DNA of 64,000 nucleotides from the human T2T-CHM13v2.0 reference genome, Homo sapiens: the NCBI RefSeq assembly GCF_009914755.1, contig NC_060928.1; one strand, given 5' to 3'. Numbering within the stretch: the first letter of the stretch is position 1; every line of letters starts with the position of its first letter. The position numbers were made by a program, and so were the translations under genes. Shown here piece by piece: positions 27,457 through 41,818 of the stretch. Below the pieces are notes generated by a model. That model did not search any database, was not told the origin of the DNA, and saw nothing but the letters and a program-made list of their open reading frames with translations.

Positions 27457-27873
27457 TAATACAGTTTGGATATTTCTTCCCAACCAAATCTCATGTTGCA
27501 CTGTAATCCCTGATGCTGGAGGTGGGGCCTTGTGGGAGGTGATTGGATCATGGAGATGGATCCCTTATGGCTTAGTGCTATCTTGATGACAGTAAGTTCT
27601 TGTGAGATATGTTCATTTAAAAGTGTGTAGCACCTCCACCCCCGTGCCCTGACTCTCTCTCTCTTTTGCTCCTACTTCCATCATGTAAGACACCTGCTTC
27701 TCCTTCGCCTTCTGCCGTGATTTTAAGCTTCCTGAAGCCTCCTCAGAAGCAAAGATACCAGAATTATGCTTCATATAAAACCTGCAGAACTGTGACCCAA
27801 CTAAATCTCTTCGCTTTATAAATTACCTAGTCTTAGGTATTTTTTCACAGCAATGAAAGAAGGGCCTAATACA
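27457..27873 (+). mobile_element. MST-family MaLR solo LTR (MSTB-like)
   Basis: CAAATCTCATGTTG..TGTAATCCC..GGAGGTGGGGCCT and TTTATAAATTACCTAGTCTTAGGTATT...CTAATACA. 5-bp TSD GATGT/GATGC. Confidence 0.9.
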
Positions 27874-28019
27874 GATGCTTAACACAAAGGGGTGCTGAGA
27901 AAGTGATTTCTAAAAAGGACTGTTTCTGGAAATATTCTGCACACATGTAGTAAGGAGAGTGAAGCACAAAGAATTTATCTAAGCTCTGCATCATCTGGAT
28001 CAGTCTTCTGCTTAATTTT

Positions 28020-28500
28020 CTTTAAGGGCTTCACAGTCCCTTTGGGTTGAAGTCTGAGAGCCTTAGCATGGCACTGAAGGACTCTAGTGATTTTGGACTG
28101 TGTAATATCTCTGGCTCCATTTTCCACCACTCCTTCCTTCAGGCTCATTTCCCATGATATCTAATGCTGGGTGAAGTCAACATCATACTGTTTCTCATAT
28201 TTGTGTCTTTGCTCATGCTCTTTTTGCTCTTTAAAATGGGCTTACCTAATCTACCTTTAAGATTCATCTTGGTCACATTTTTCCTTATGGACTGGGTGCC
28301 CTCATTTACAATCTCCCAGTCCTCAGTGCATACATCTTTCATTGGACTCATTTAAAAAATCACTGGCTATGTGTGGGTCTTTCCCTTCTAAATTGAGAGC
28401 ACCTTCTTACTGTATCTTATTCCTCCTTAAATTCTCACTATCAAGCATAAGGCCAGGACCAGTGTATTCTCAACAATACACTGGTCAAATACATGTTTTA
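28020..28500 (+). mobile_element. L2 LINE fragment
   Basis: AAGTCTGAGAGCCTTAGCATGGCACTGAAGGACTCT and downstream L2 3' motifs. Confidence 0.6.
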
Positions 28501-29264
28501 ATTACACTGATATTTAACTCTATAATCATATTACTTTTCTAACCTCTCATAAATGAAGTTATACAGTGTTACCATTTCCATATCATATCAGAAGTGGAGA
28601 GGTGGTTGGGAGAAATAAGACCATATGATCAATAAACAGTGTTTATGGTCTGCAATGACTTGAAATAAAAAGCAGTGCATAAGAACTCCTCATCTTTAAG
28701 CAATGTAAGCTAAGTTAATATATTTACTATAGGTATATTAACTTAACTTACAGACATTTCTCACAGAATTTTCTATCTCCTAGCTATGATAGGAATAGGA
28801 AGTTGATAAAGGTCAAGACTAAAACAGCAACAATAACAAAAGCAGGAGAGAAAGATTATATGGCCATCAAACCTTGTTTACGAGGAAACAGAAGGTCCAT
28901 AGTAGATCAGAACCCGAGGCTAGTTTAGTCTAATAAGAGATGTCAAATGCAATATGGGACATTTGTAAAAATTAGAGTGTTTGAAAGAATCAAGAGATTG
29001 GGGAAAAGGCATACCATAGAAATGAGTGGGAATTTTTTGTGCAATATATGAAATTACTCTAGACATAATTCTGTAATGAGGTAGCCATACTAAAGATGTG
29101 AATTGACTTAGATCCAAATTAATAACACTGTTCTCTAGAACTAGTGTTAACAGAAGTTCTACGGGCTGCTTGGTGGTAAGGAATGATTCAGAGGCAATGT
29201 ACGTGTAGATTTTAAGCACTAGAGTGGGCAATAGGATTATTTACTTATATAATTTGTTCATATG

Positions 29265-30135
29265 ACAGCAACACAAGATAGAAAAAGCTGGGGTCTCTGA
29301 GATATCGGATAGGGGAGAGCCACTGCTGATATAAATAAGAAACTTATTTTTGTTCTGGTAAGTCACTGTGACAAGTAAATTTGTTTCAACTCCAAACATG
29401 TCTTGTTCTGACTAATATGGAAAATATGTTGCACCTCTAAAATTAATTAAAATATATATAATTGGTCATAGGTTGAAACCAATAAATTTTCACCAACCTT
29501 GGTGTAGGTGTGTTCTTAATGTCTACTCAGTTGGATTTCAAAATTGTTATGGGTCGGTGGCTACTTATTGTGTATTTTATTCTTTTACTATACACATAAG
29601 ATTATTTATTGCAGTTCTCCTCTTCCTTTTCCACTCTCTATGTGAGTTTTAAAAGGATTATCTGTAGTTTTGGTTTATACCAAACTACAGGTCAGGTTTA
29701 ACATCTAGATCTGAGAGAAATGATTGAGCATTACCTGGAGACTCTAGGGTTTGAGCTGGATTCTGTGATGGGATGAGGTTTAGGAGTATTCTATTTGGAC
29801 ACAAAGGAAAATAATATTTCTCCCTTCCTTATAATAAGATTACAATATTTTTGTAGATAGAATTGATATAAGGCACTCCTAGAATTAGTCATTGACAATA
29901 TCCCATGCAATTCTCTAATCTCTCTCTTTGTCTTTCATTGCAACCAAGGAGGCCATCTGTTGAGATGAGAACCTGTGAAGATGGAAGGAACCTAGATGTT
30001 TGAGTCATGGGGTGGAGAAGAGACCATGTAAACCTACATTGAAATTTGTGTGGTAAGTAAATAAATCTTTATTGTATTAAGTTACTGGTGTTTGGGGGTT
30101 ACCACACCATAGCTGATCTATCTTAAATAATTCAC
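29265..30135 (+). mobile_element. Decayed MaLR: LTR 3' remnant, internal fragment, and MLT1H-like LTR
   Basis: Two MLT1-type 3' ends (about 29340-29420 and AATAAATCTTTATTGTATTAAGTTACTG at about 30060) flank an MLT1-internal-like segment (TTTGAGCTGGATTCTGTGATGGGATGAGG). Confidence 0.55.
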
Positions 30136-30907
30136 CCACTCATACATATGCTACAGTAAAATTTAAGAACATAACAGATAAAAAAAAAGTTAAGGCTTCT
30201 GGAAAGAATAGCTCTCTTACAAAAAATATATAATTTAATTGACAGATTTGTGAATCACATTATTTGATGCAAGAAAATGATGAAGTAATATGTTTGAAGT
30301 ATTGAAGAAAAATTCCTCTGCATCTAGAGATTTGTATCCAATCATGCTGTTATTAAAATTTGTGGATCCAATAAATAGATACTCCAGCTTACAAAGTCTT
30401 TAAAATTTTGTAAATTGAATACATATGTTGAAACTCTTTTACAGAAAGTACTCCAATACTAGAAATAACTCTAGAGGGATGCCACAAGAGTTAAAGAAAA
30501 TAAAGATGATGAAAACACTTAGTAAAGTTCATTATATTTTAAAAGAGCAAGGATCAAAGAAAATTAAAGAAGAATAGAAGGAGATTTATAACAATCCAGA
30601 ATTATTAGCAATATCAAAAAAGTGAACATAGGGACAATCAAAGATACATTGTAAGCTACTTGTATTGTTTTAGGAAAATAATAGATAATTGTAATCTTAA
30701 AAAAATCAATAGAGGTCATTAAATATTAGTAAATGCCATCAGTTTAAGGTAATCTACCATAATAAAAAAATATGAATTTAAACCACTGATTATAAATTTG
30801 ACATATCAATAGAAAATAGAAAATAAGAAAACAAATAAAATGAAAATGTAGTAAATTGAAATATGAAATATGATGCATAATTTAAAAATTACAATGAATG
30901 TAAATGA

Positions 30908-31267
<360 letters not shown>

Positions 31268-31869
31268 CAAGACATTCTTAATACAGAAAGACACAGAATG
31301 TTTGGGGAAAAGAAAGGTTGAAAACTATCAAGCAATTGTAAACAACAGCATCAAAAAGTGCTTAAGTGGCAATCAATCTAAAAAATTGAATTTGAGAAAA
31401 CATTCCTATGGCATCATAGGATATTTTATGAAAATTAAAAAATAAACCAAAAGCATTAAAAATTATAACTCTCATGAACATATATGCACTACTAATATAA
31501 TTATATAAACGGAAGCAAAATGGCAGAAGAAATAAAAAACTCAATATTTATAAGTAAATAATTTAACACAATTCACTTAGAGCTTGAAAGATGAAGAAAA
31601 ATTATAGAAATCTAAACGAACTCTCACTGCTCAGAGAATACACGTTTTTCTCAAACATATGTGGAACACTGACAAAAATTGGCCAAGTGCTAGACTACCA
31701 ATTAAATCTCAGTATCATACAGAATACCTTCTATGGCCACAATGCAGTCAAATTAGAAATAAGGAGTATAAATATAGTCTTAAAATCCTATAAGTATATG
31801 TAACATATTACTAAATAATTTTGAATTACAAAGAAAGTCTTAACAATTATGAAATATTTAGAACAATGG

Positions 31870-32153
31870 GGCTGGGTGAGGTGGCTCATGCCTGTAACCT
31901 CAGCGCTTTGGGAGGTTGAGGCAGGCAGATCACTTGAGGCCAGGAATTTGAGACCAGCCTGGCTAATATGATGAAACCCCATCTCTACTAAAAAAACAAA
32001 AATTAGCCAGGGGTGGTGCATGTAATCCCAGCTACTCAGGAGGTTGAGGCAGGAGAATCATTTGAACTCAGGAGGCAGAGGTTGCAGGGAGCCGGGATCA
32101 TGTCACTGCACTCCAGCCTGGCCAACAGAGTGAGACTCTGTCTAAAAAAAAAA
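31870..32153 (+). mobile_element. AluS-type SINE with a short deletion in the right monomer
   Basis: Dimeric Alu with TSD AGAACAATGGG at 31860-31870 and 32153-32163. Confidence 0.95.
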
Positions 32154-33289
32154 GAACAATGGGCAATGAGAACAGCACATATCAAAAGTTGTGGGACATG
32201 GCTAAAGCATATGTGAATGTTTTACAGTATTATACCTTTCAATACACTTATCAGAAAACTGGAATGATTAACAACAAGTAAGCTAGTTTTAAAGCTAAAA
32301 TGCTTAGAAGTTAGATGTATTTCCTCTAAAATTCAAAACAAGTTATCACAATGATTGTTCATGTGCACCAGATGCATTGCACTCAATTATAAGAAAATAC
32401 GCCAAAGGAATTAGAATTTTAGGAGAAGATGTGAATGTTATTCTTTGTAGACAATGTGGTAACCAGCCTAGAAAAAAATAACAAAATGAATAGAAAAAAA
32501 TATATAAAAATATGCAGGCATATACATATGTATGTCTACACATGCACATATACGCATACGTATGGCATATAACAAGGTTCTCAAACTTATTTTTAAGCAA
32601 ATTTAAAAAATAGGATAACAAAGATTTATCAGTTAAAATGATCAGATTCATACAAATTAGAAAGCTGGAATTGGCAGGTGTATTGGGCAATTTGGCATTC
32701 AGAAATCCAAGGAACTGCAGGTTTCCATGTCGAACTTAGTCAAATTAGGGCATACAAATGCCCTATGGCCCCAAAATTCCATTCTTGGACAGATATCCTA
32801 GAGAAATCCCCATTCACATTCATAATGGGACATAAAGGAGCAGATTTGTCACAGTGCTTTTCATAGCAGCAGGGAGTTTCTCAGCACAAGAGAAAGGAAA
32901 TGTAAGGTTTGGTGAAGGCATGCTATAGAACAGCATGTGGCTGCTAGAAATAATACGCTACATATGAAATTATGACCAAGAATATGTCTAAGAATATGTT
33001 ACTGAATGAACAAAGAAACAGAATTATATATATATAATCATTTAGGCAAATTTAAATATATAATAAAGCTACTGCCTTGCAAGGACATACAAATAAAAAG
33101 ATGAATACTGACTACGCTAGGTGAGAGGGCAGTTAATGGAAGTGGGGAATGGTAATAAAACAATGCCAGGAAGGAAGAAATAGTTTTTTCATAATCTCCC
33201 CCGCAATCCTTTTTTTTTTTTTTTTTTCAAATCAGCATCCATACCAACACTGAAGGGAGTTTTGCCTTCCAATCTGTTTGTCTGGGTTT

Positions 33290-33770
33290 GTGCTACACTT
33301 ATTCAAACATTTGTCAAGATTCCATTATGTGCCAGGCATTGGTGATACATTTTCTGCTCTAAAAGGTTGCATTCTAAATGTGTTCTGTGCGGAGCAAGAC
33401 AGTAAGCAAACAAACACGGAAATATCAAATAGCGTTAATCCCAATGCAAAGAATTACTACTGGTAAAGAGTGATGAGGAGAGGTATTTTACATAGGGTGG
33501 TTGGGGGTAGGTCAATTTGAGGAAGAAACATCTGAAATGAGAAACAAATGAGAAGGAGCCAGCTGTGCAAAGCTCGGGGTGGGTGGGGGGAAGCTTCCCA
33601 GGTTGATGGAATAGCTAGCATCACAGTACTGTGGTGGTAACAAGGCCAGTGTTGGGGCAGCAGCATAGGAGGAAGGGTAAGGTCTGCAGAAAGGTCAGGG
33701 AAGGCCTCAAATCTCATAGGCTTTGTAGATCATGGGAAGGAGTAAGGATGCTATTCCAGGAAGCAACAGA
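33290..33770 (-). mobile_element. L2 LINE 3' fragment
   Basis: TTATTCAAACATTTG..CATTATGTGCCAGGCATTG; GGCTTTGTAGATCATGGGAAGGAGT. Confidence 0.75.
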
Positions 33771-36700
33771 ACAATAATCATCTTTGGGGTCCCCCAAATG
33801 CCAGAATGAATAGAAACTGATAGGCTGTTCTCCTAAGTCCCTGCAGATAGGACTCAGTGGTTTGGAGAAACAATGCATTATATTCACTCATTTCCCTAAA
33901 ACACTGCTGTATACAGACTCTGTCATGTTCTCCCTTAAGACACTTTCAAGGTATCCCAAGGTCTACAAGTTATGACTTACATCCAACAGTCTGAGTTTTG
34001 CTGTTGTCTTTTTTGTTGCAAATGTTAATATTGGGCAAATCCTTAAAATTATTCATGTTTCAGTTTCTTCACTTTTAACTGGAATCTGACTTTATCTGTC
34101 TTGTCTCTCCTATTATATGGCTGTGGGTCCTCATTTGCCATCACAGTGTTGTATCTCACTTTGCCAAGTTTCCCCTAGTCTTGCTCTGATATCTGGAGTT
34201 ACAGCCAGAGAAGGGCTGCTGAGGTGTGGGTTTGCTTAGAAGCATGTTCCCACTCTGAGTGCATAACTTTATAATTCATATATGAACTTGAGAAGTCATC
34301 TGTCTGTGCATTTCTTACTTTAAAAACTTTAATTGGTCTTAGTTTTGTCAGATGGCTATGGAAAAAATTGGAGAGTTTTTACCCCTTCCATTTTCTCATT
34401 TGATTAGGATAGAAGAAAACTTTCTATGCTTTAAGAATTGTTTCCCAAATGAAATGTTCTCTTCTCTATTGCCTTTGACATTTGTTGCCATCAGATACCA
34501 CCTTTCTTATGTGCATAAACTGCTTATTTGATTTGACCTGGTTCTGAATGTAAGAAATTGATTCAGAAGGGCCTCTGTCTTTAGAAATAGTATTGCATGA
34601 AAGCATTATGCTAACATATGTTGAAATTTAAAACTGCAAATGCAGGGGGAGAAAATGATCTTGTAGCTACTTCTCTCATTTAGAGACACAAGACATGAGG
34701 CTTTATTCTAATAAAATGTAGTGTGTTTGCAGCTGGGGCTGGGGCAAAGTCAAGATACATTAGGAGAAATTGACATTAAAAGTGCAATATAACAGATGGA
34801 TGAAAAAATGAATTTTTATCAAGATGATCCATTAGCGTTCTGCAGCCAGGCAGAGGAGAACAATGACCTGGAACAAATTAAGAAGAATGATGCTTGACTT
34901 GTGTTTGCTTGTTCTAAAGGGTGACCCATATTCATAATCTTGAATTAGAAATGCATTTGCTTCTGGTTGATTAGATACATTTTTCAACTATTTTTTGTCT
35001 TGTTCCCCCCCCCTTGGGTTTGGGGAGCTGGGTGATGGAGGTGGTCTGGTGCAAAGGATTAGGTTCATCAAATTAGATTAAATGAAAAGAGAGAAAACAA
35101 GCCCAGTAGAGTGGAACCCTGACTAAATGGTGGAGTTCTTTGCAAAGAAGGAGAATTAATCTCCAAATTGAGGGGAACTGAACAGCTCAATCATCAACTA
35201 TTAACCTCAAATAACCTTAGGTGACTCTGGCATCAATATGTAAAAGCAAGTCTACTACAGACCGTGATTTTAACTTCAAATTCTCTATATTTGATAACTG
35301 TCAGACTTCCTGTCTACTCTTTAATCAGTCTCTGGAATTAGAAAGTACTTACTTTTTAATGAAAAGAAAGAAGGAGAAAAAAAAACATGAACAGAATTCC
35401 CGTATTTTTTAGAAAAATGAAAACTAGGTAGAATATGCAAGCCAGTGAAGACACTATGCCAGCTGATTTGGAAAAACTTGGAGTTGTACTGCAGATAAAT
35501 TGCTGGTTTGCTTGCCTCACTGCCAAGGAATAACTTGCTTAAGATAATTCATTTACTGTGTCTGTTGCCTGTACCTATCACTTCCTTACCTCTGGCTGAT
35601 GTTAACAATAATAGCCTGGGAGGTAGAGGGGAAGGGGGAAAGGAAACTTCCTCTGATGTCACTTAAAGTCATCTGGAATCAACACAATTATAGCCCATGG
35701 ATGTATGCTTGGATGAAAAGACCATCCTATCAATCTTTTACAAATTCTTTGCATAATTTGGCTGTGAACCAAATAGCATAGTCACGTGGCTACAAGAAAG
35801 AAGGGAATAAGAAATGGCTACGTATGTTTAAATAAAATTTTAAGCCTGGAAAGGAACTTTAGAGATGATCTGATTCAACCTAGGCTGGTATGAAATTAAG
35901 ACAGATGAAAAGGGAGTTGAAATCAAGTGGCCAGTAGAAAGTGCTAGGAAAGATGTTTCAAGTTCTATTCTAACTCATTCTGTTTTCGAGCATTTCAAGG
36001 GAAGGTTATTTAAATCTATCCTTCTTTTCAGATGAGGAAAGTGAGTCTGTGATATTATAAAGGATTGTCCTAATTTTCTGAGTTATTCTGAGGTAGGTTG
36101 AAATCCATGCATGATATTATGTTATCTTTCCCATTGAGCTGTGGTGACAGCAACATGAGATAATATTCCTAAAAATATGCATTTCCCACAAAGGTCTAAA
36201 TTGCAAGATATAATTTCACCATCAATTCTTTATATTGATGAAAGACCATGAGCTTTGGATTTAGAATAACTAAACTTATTTCAACTACTCACCGTGAATG
36301 TGAATACTACATATAAATCACTTATAGTCTCTAATCCTTAGTTTTCTCATCTCTAAAATGGAAGTAATATGGTTATATGCATGATCTATTTTACAGTGTT
36401 AGCAAAGCACATCTCCTGGTCCAGATGGTAGAGATTAGGTAGGTAAGTGGAGAAGAAGAGAGAGCAAATGTTGAGCTATGGGAAGAAAAGAACCAGCTGC
36501 AGCAGAGGACAGATGTCTCTGTGTGATATCGTGTCCTGTATGACAGTACTACCAGGATGCTATAACAGGACAGACACCTTGTTTTCCATAACTCGTATCC
36601 AAGGTAGAACCAGTACAGGCTATAGTGCACATTAGGTGCCAGATCAATGTGTCTTGCCTAAAAATAAATGTCAACTCGTACACACCTGAGATAGTTGTGC

Positions 36701-38500
36701 CATTTTAGGTTAGGGATTGGCTAGCCTGAATCCAAGGTGGGGTTAGTGTAAAAACCTGAGAAACAATGTATACACTCTCAGACTTACCTCATATTGAGAT
36801 GCTCTGGTTTACAATTATGCAGGAAAGAGGAAGAAACTAAGGTCAGAAACTGGGAGGGAGGGAGAGAGGGACAGGTATGGGGAAGATCTCTTGCCTGCAC
36901 TTGACTCCTTTACAGGGAGCTATTCCAAAAGTGATTCTCAGAGTCTGTTAGTTTAGATGCATATGTTTGAAACTAGAAATATATATCTCCAGAGTAGGTA
37001 TTAGAGCAAGCAACTCAGCCTTGCTCATTCTAATGAAAATATTGCTGTTGAAGGAATGATACTTATTATTATGCAGAGAAGTTAGTAATTGAACTCTGAG
37101 ACCTCTAAAGAATGCTTATAATCCTCTTATTCAGGAAAGCAGGATTATTAATATTTCCAACTAATCCCAATTCAGAACACAGAAGAGAGTATTAATTCAG
37201 ATGTGTGAACAGGTGGTTTGAGAATGTTTTAAGCAAAACCTTTAGGAGAACTTCAGGCACGAGACCAGCTGGACTCGGATGGGAAAAGGTTTCCAGTTTT
37301 ATGTCTCTGGTGTATGTATGCAGTCTGGAGAACCACTTTGAAAATACTGGGTTCTAAGCAACTTGAAATGAGAGCCACACCTCGTTCATCCTTCTGTGCC
37401 CCAAAGAACCTATGAGGCACTCACTGAATGCTTGTTATAGATTGATGTTGCCACAGACTTGGAAATATTTACCTTTTAAATGAAGAGAAATGCAGCCAGT
37501 TTCCAAATGGGGGGTGGGGTTTGCAAGAAACAATTATTAAAAGGTTTGCAGTGACCTTGTCCTCTAAATCTTCTTCATCTATGAATTAAACTCTCTCTAG
37601 ATTCCTGTTATTGAAGAGTTTTAAAAGAATTTTCTTATCGTGTGGCATTTCAGACTTTTTGTTCCTCTTCACATTCCCAGCTCTGTTTGATACAAACGCT
37701 AAGCTTCTGAGGAGAGGGAGGATTTGCAGCCTCAGAGCAGATGAAGCATGCAGTGCAATTAAAAGCAAACACATTTCCACTTCAGTCACAGCCTGTGGGT
37801 GTTTTAAGAAGGAAAAAAATCTATTAAAAACATAAATGTCAAAATCCTCAGGGTTTTGATCTATACATTTCATGGAGAGCAAGTTCCTGGCAGAGCTTTG
37901 ATCTTGAGGAGTTGATAAGGATGCTTTGCTCCTAAATCTCGAGACAGAGGATGTCGTGCTGGGCAGTGAGCAAGAGTGACTGGGCTCTGGCAGGTGCTGG
38001 AGCTGGGAAGCCGAGGGGAAGATGGAGGGAGAATGTGGATGCTCTTGGGGCCCATGCATGATGGCTAGGACCAAGAGCAGAGCAGTAATAGCTGCTGGGA
38101 GAAGGTTACAGGCTACCTTGATTTAGCCTCTAACCTAAGAAGAGAGAACCTCTACTTCAGTTTTTCCTCCTTTCCCCAGCCCACGTTTAGCCTCCCACTC
38201 TTCCTTCATGGGGGCAGAGTTGCTCATCAGATTGCTCAGAACTGAATATTTATTTAGTTTATCGTTACTACTGGGCAGGACATTTCTTCTCATTTTGACT
38301 TCCTGGGAATATTTGTACTGGGCAAGCCCTTATCTTCTTAGATAAGGCTTATCTGGAAACTTCCAGCGTTCTCTGTGCCAGTTACTGGTCCAGGTGGCTG
38401 GGGCTGTCTGAGAGAACTCAGAGCTGGTCAAGCAGACCCAACCATTGAGATGTAGAAATGGTGCTTCCAGGAGTCCCATTTGGTATGCAAGCTGGAGCCT

Positions 38501-38870
38501 TGTGTTTCAAGACAAATTGTATCCCCCAAAATTCATTTGTTGAGGTCTTGATCCCCAGTACCTCGGAATATGACTATATTTAGAGATAAGGCCTTTACAG
38601 AGATAATTAAGCTAAAATGAAGGTCAGGGTTTGCCCTAATTCAGTGTGACTGGTGTCCCTATGAGGAGATTAGGACACAGACACAGAAAAGATCACATGA
38701 AGACATAAGAAAATGCCCTCTGCAGTTAAAGGAAAGAGGCCTCGGGAGAAACCAACCATGCTGGCACCTTAATTTTAAACTTCTAGCCTCCAGAACTGTT
38801 AAGAAATACATTTCTGTTGTTTAAGCCACCCAATCTGTGCTACTTTGTTATGGCAGCCCTATCAAACCTT
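38501..38870 (+). mobile_element. MLT1B-like MaLR solo LTR
   Basis: TTGTATCCCCCAAAATTCATTTGTTGAGGTC and ACTTCTAGCCTCCAGAACTGT...TTTCTGTTGTTTAAGCCACCCA...TTGTTATGGCAGCCCTA. Confidence 0.9.
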
Positions 38871-39937
38871 GATTTTAGGTTTCCACTTACCAGAGGAGCC
38901 ATGCAACAAATTGTAATGATTAAATACTTGCCTCGCTCTGAGGAAAAGTTATATTGGCTTTTCTACTACAGGCTTAAGGACATACCTCCTGGGGCAGAAA
39001 AACCTGGAAGTGAGGAGATTGATGGGATTGCAGTCCCAAAGCTCTACTCCAAACCCTGCCTATCATCAGCTATTGTGAGCCATGTGAGGTCATGCAGAAA
39101 TATTAGTCCAGGCCTGGAAACAGATACCAGCAAAGGAAGATATCAAACCATGCAAGGAATAGCTTCGCCCTGGGAAAGGGTGAGTTACCTAAGCAACAGG
39201 TGGGAAGTAGCCCTGAGAGAAAACAGCTGAGGACAAAGGTGCATGCCTTCCCTCCATCTGGGTGCCCATCTTTGGTGTCTAAGCTTTCCTGAACCCTAAA
39301 CTCATCCCCCCTTCTTGGGTGATAAACATTGACTGGGAGCTCTTGTAATGAATGCCCTAGCCTATTTCTCACATGGTACTCAGCTGATTATCATAATATC
39401 TTTAAATATCTCTCAAATCTACTAGGATGTGGAATAATCATAGGTTATAATTCTGAATTAATTCATTTGGCTGTACCCCAGCCCTTAAATCCTGCATTAG
39501 CATTTGTCGTACTAGACTGATAAATTGAGGGAGGAGGGATGAACAGTGGACAGACACACAGAATGGGAGGAGAAACTCAACATCTGTTAGACTTATTTTT
39601 GTATCTAGAAGCTTCTTTGGAAGCAGTTAGGATGTGGTACAGCGGTACTGGCTCTGAGAGTTGCCTGGGGGAACATTCCCCTAAGCACTCTCATCAGTAG
39701 GAAAGCTTGTGTTTCTTGATCATCCAAGATTTAAAACAGTGGATCAGGCTAAGGGTCTCCATGTCTGTACAGAGTAATATGGTGCTAAACCCGAATTAAA
39801 TTTGTGACTCGGAAATTAACAGCTGAGTTGTTAAAACAAGATTCTGTCAACTTTTGAAGTTCAGTTTACTTTGTCATGAAATGGGAAGACAATCCCTAAT
39901 TCACAGAGTAGAGGTGAGAATGAAATGAGCCAATCTG

Positions 39938-41052
39938 TGTGGAGAGGCTGAATATACAAGCAGACAATGAATGGCCAGACCACATGAAATAAAACCCTGA
40001 CCCACCAACTGCAGCAACCAGCCCAAGAATTCAGCCCATATCTACAGTAGCAAGCCCAGGAATCCAACCCATATCTACAGTAACCAGTGCAGGAGTCCAA
40101 CCCCTATCTACAGTAGACAGCCCAGGAATCCAACTCATATCTGCAGTAGCTAGCCCAGGAATCCAGCCTATATCTACAGTAACCAGCCCATATCTACAGT
40201 AACCAGCCCAGGAATCCAGCCCATATCTACAGAAACCAGCCCAGTAATCCAACCCATATCTACAGTAACCAGCCCAGGAATCCAACCCATATCTGCAGTA
40301 GCCAGTACAGGAATCCAACCCATAGCTACAGTAACCAGCCAGGAATCCAACCCATATCTACAGTAACCAGCTCAGGAGTCCATCCCTTATCTACAGTAGC
40401 CAGCCCAGGAGTCCAACACATATCTATAGTAACCAGCCTAGGAATCCAACCCATACCTACAGTAAAAAGTCTAGGAATTCAGCCCATATCTACAGTAACC
40501 AGCCCAGGAATCCAGCCCATATCTACAGTAACCAGCCCAGGAATTCAACCCATATCTGCAGTAACCAACCCAGGAATCCAATCAATATCTATAGTAACCA
40601 GCCCAGGAAGCTGGGCTGCTGTAAGTCACACTTCTAGGAAACCAGATCACTAGCTCTAGTGGCAATCCAGAAAGTCAAACAACAACTTCTCTAACAATGA
40701 ATCCCAAATGGCCTGGACTTAATTAATAAATGACATTTTTCCTAATTTATATCCACATTTCCAAGTTTGTACCAACCAGAGAAAGCCAAATATGCACCCC
40801 CCCAACCAATTGTACAGGTTACCCTGCTCCTAGTTAGCCCACCTATGGCTTCCCAGGCCAACTGCCCCTAATCAGTGCACACCTGAAGCCTTCCATTCTT
40901 TCCACTATAAAGCTTTCCAATGCCTCTGTGTGCCTTTGGATCTCTATCTCTGCCAAAATGCAAGTGACAGTGGTTGACTCTCTTGCTACAGTAAATTCTG
41001 AATAAATAGCCTTTGTCTGTTCTTATTTAGATGGCCTTTCTTTATTTCCACA
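39938..41052 (+). mobile_element. ERV1 solo LTR (MER89-like) inserted in a MIR and enlarged by an internal minisatellite
   Basis: TGTGGAGAGGCTGAATA start and TTTATTTCCACA end (TG..CA); CCAAT (about 40806), TATAAA (about 40906), AATAAA (about 41001). MIR halves at about 39860-39935 and 41053-41100. Subfamily name from memory. Confidence 0.75.
40030..40609 (+). repeat. 33-bp minisatellite, about 17.5 copies, consensus TCCAACCCATATCTACAGTAACCAGCCCAGGAA
   Basis: Units counted directly. The minus-strand ORFs show 11-aa periodicity (GYCRYGLDSWA). Confidence 0.97.
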
Positions 41053-41133
41053 ATGTAAAAACACCCATAATGGTGACTGTTACATGGTAGGTGCTCACAT
41101 TATGAGAATGCCTTTGTCATTTCTTTTGGTCAC

Positions 41134-41512
41134 TGATATGGTTTGGCTCTGTGTCCTCACCCAAATCTCATGTCAAATTGTAATCCCCACATGTTGAAGG
41201 AGGGGCCTGGTGGGAGGTGATTGGATCATGGGGGCAGTTTCTAATGGCTTAGCACCATCCCCCTAGTGTTGTCTTGTGATGGAATTCTCACAAGATGTGG
41301 TTGTTTAGAAGTATAGTGCCTTACCCTTTGCACTCACTCTCTCTCCTCCCACCATGGTAAGACGTGCTTACTTTTCCTTTGCTTTCCGCCATGATTGTAA
41401 GTTTCCTGACGCCTCCCTAGCCATGTGAAACTGAGTCAATTAAACCTCTTTTCTTTATAAATTACCCAGTCTCAGGTAGTTGTTTATAGCAGTGTAAAAA
41501 CAGACCAATACA
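41134..41512 (+). mobile_element. THE1D/MSTA-like MaLR solo LTR
   Basis: TGATATGGTTTGGCTCTGTGTCC start; AATTAAACCTCTTTTCTTTATAAATTACCCAGTCTCAGG...AATACA end. TSD GTCAC/GCCAC. Confidence 0.93.
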
Positions 41513-41787
41513 GCCACTCTTTTACCTTCTTCACTTGAAAAGTTGGTCAGCTTTGTCTGTTTTTCATCTTCTCCACATCCTTAATTTTGAGAAGGTCAGA
41601 GAGATTTTATTTATCTTAGTCTTTGCTGAGGGGCTACTAGATGCAGGAAGAGTGGGCACAGTCTAGACTTGGAGCAATTCTTCTTGGAGTCTCTGAAACC
41701 TACCAGCAGGTTGGTTTAGAGGGCTGTGCCTGCACATGGACCACATGGCTATCAGAAAATAATTTACTTTTCTCTCTTGTTAGAGAG

Positions 41788-41791
<4 letters not shown>

Positions 41792-41818
<27 letters not shown>

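Noticed and set aside
37586-38074. Longest ORF in the window (162 aa, minus strand)
   Set aside because: Low-complexity Ser/Pro-rich start, non-ATG start codon, no recognisable homology or exon structure. Consistent with chance.
40030-40609. Regular array of about 33 bp resembling a CRISPR array, and its repetitive ORFs (GYCRYGLDSWA)n
   Set aside because: Units are head-to-tail with no unique spacers, there are no cas genes, and the context is primate DNA. The ORFs exist only because 33 is a multiple of 3, and they frameshift at the short unit.
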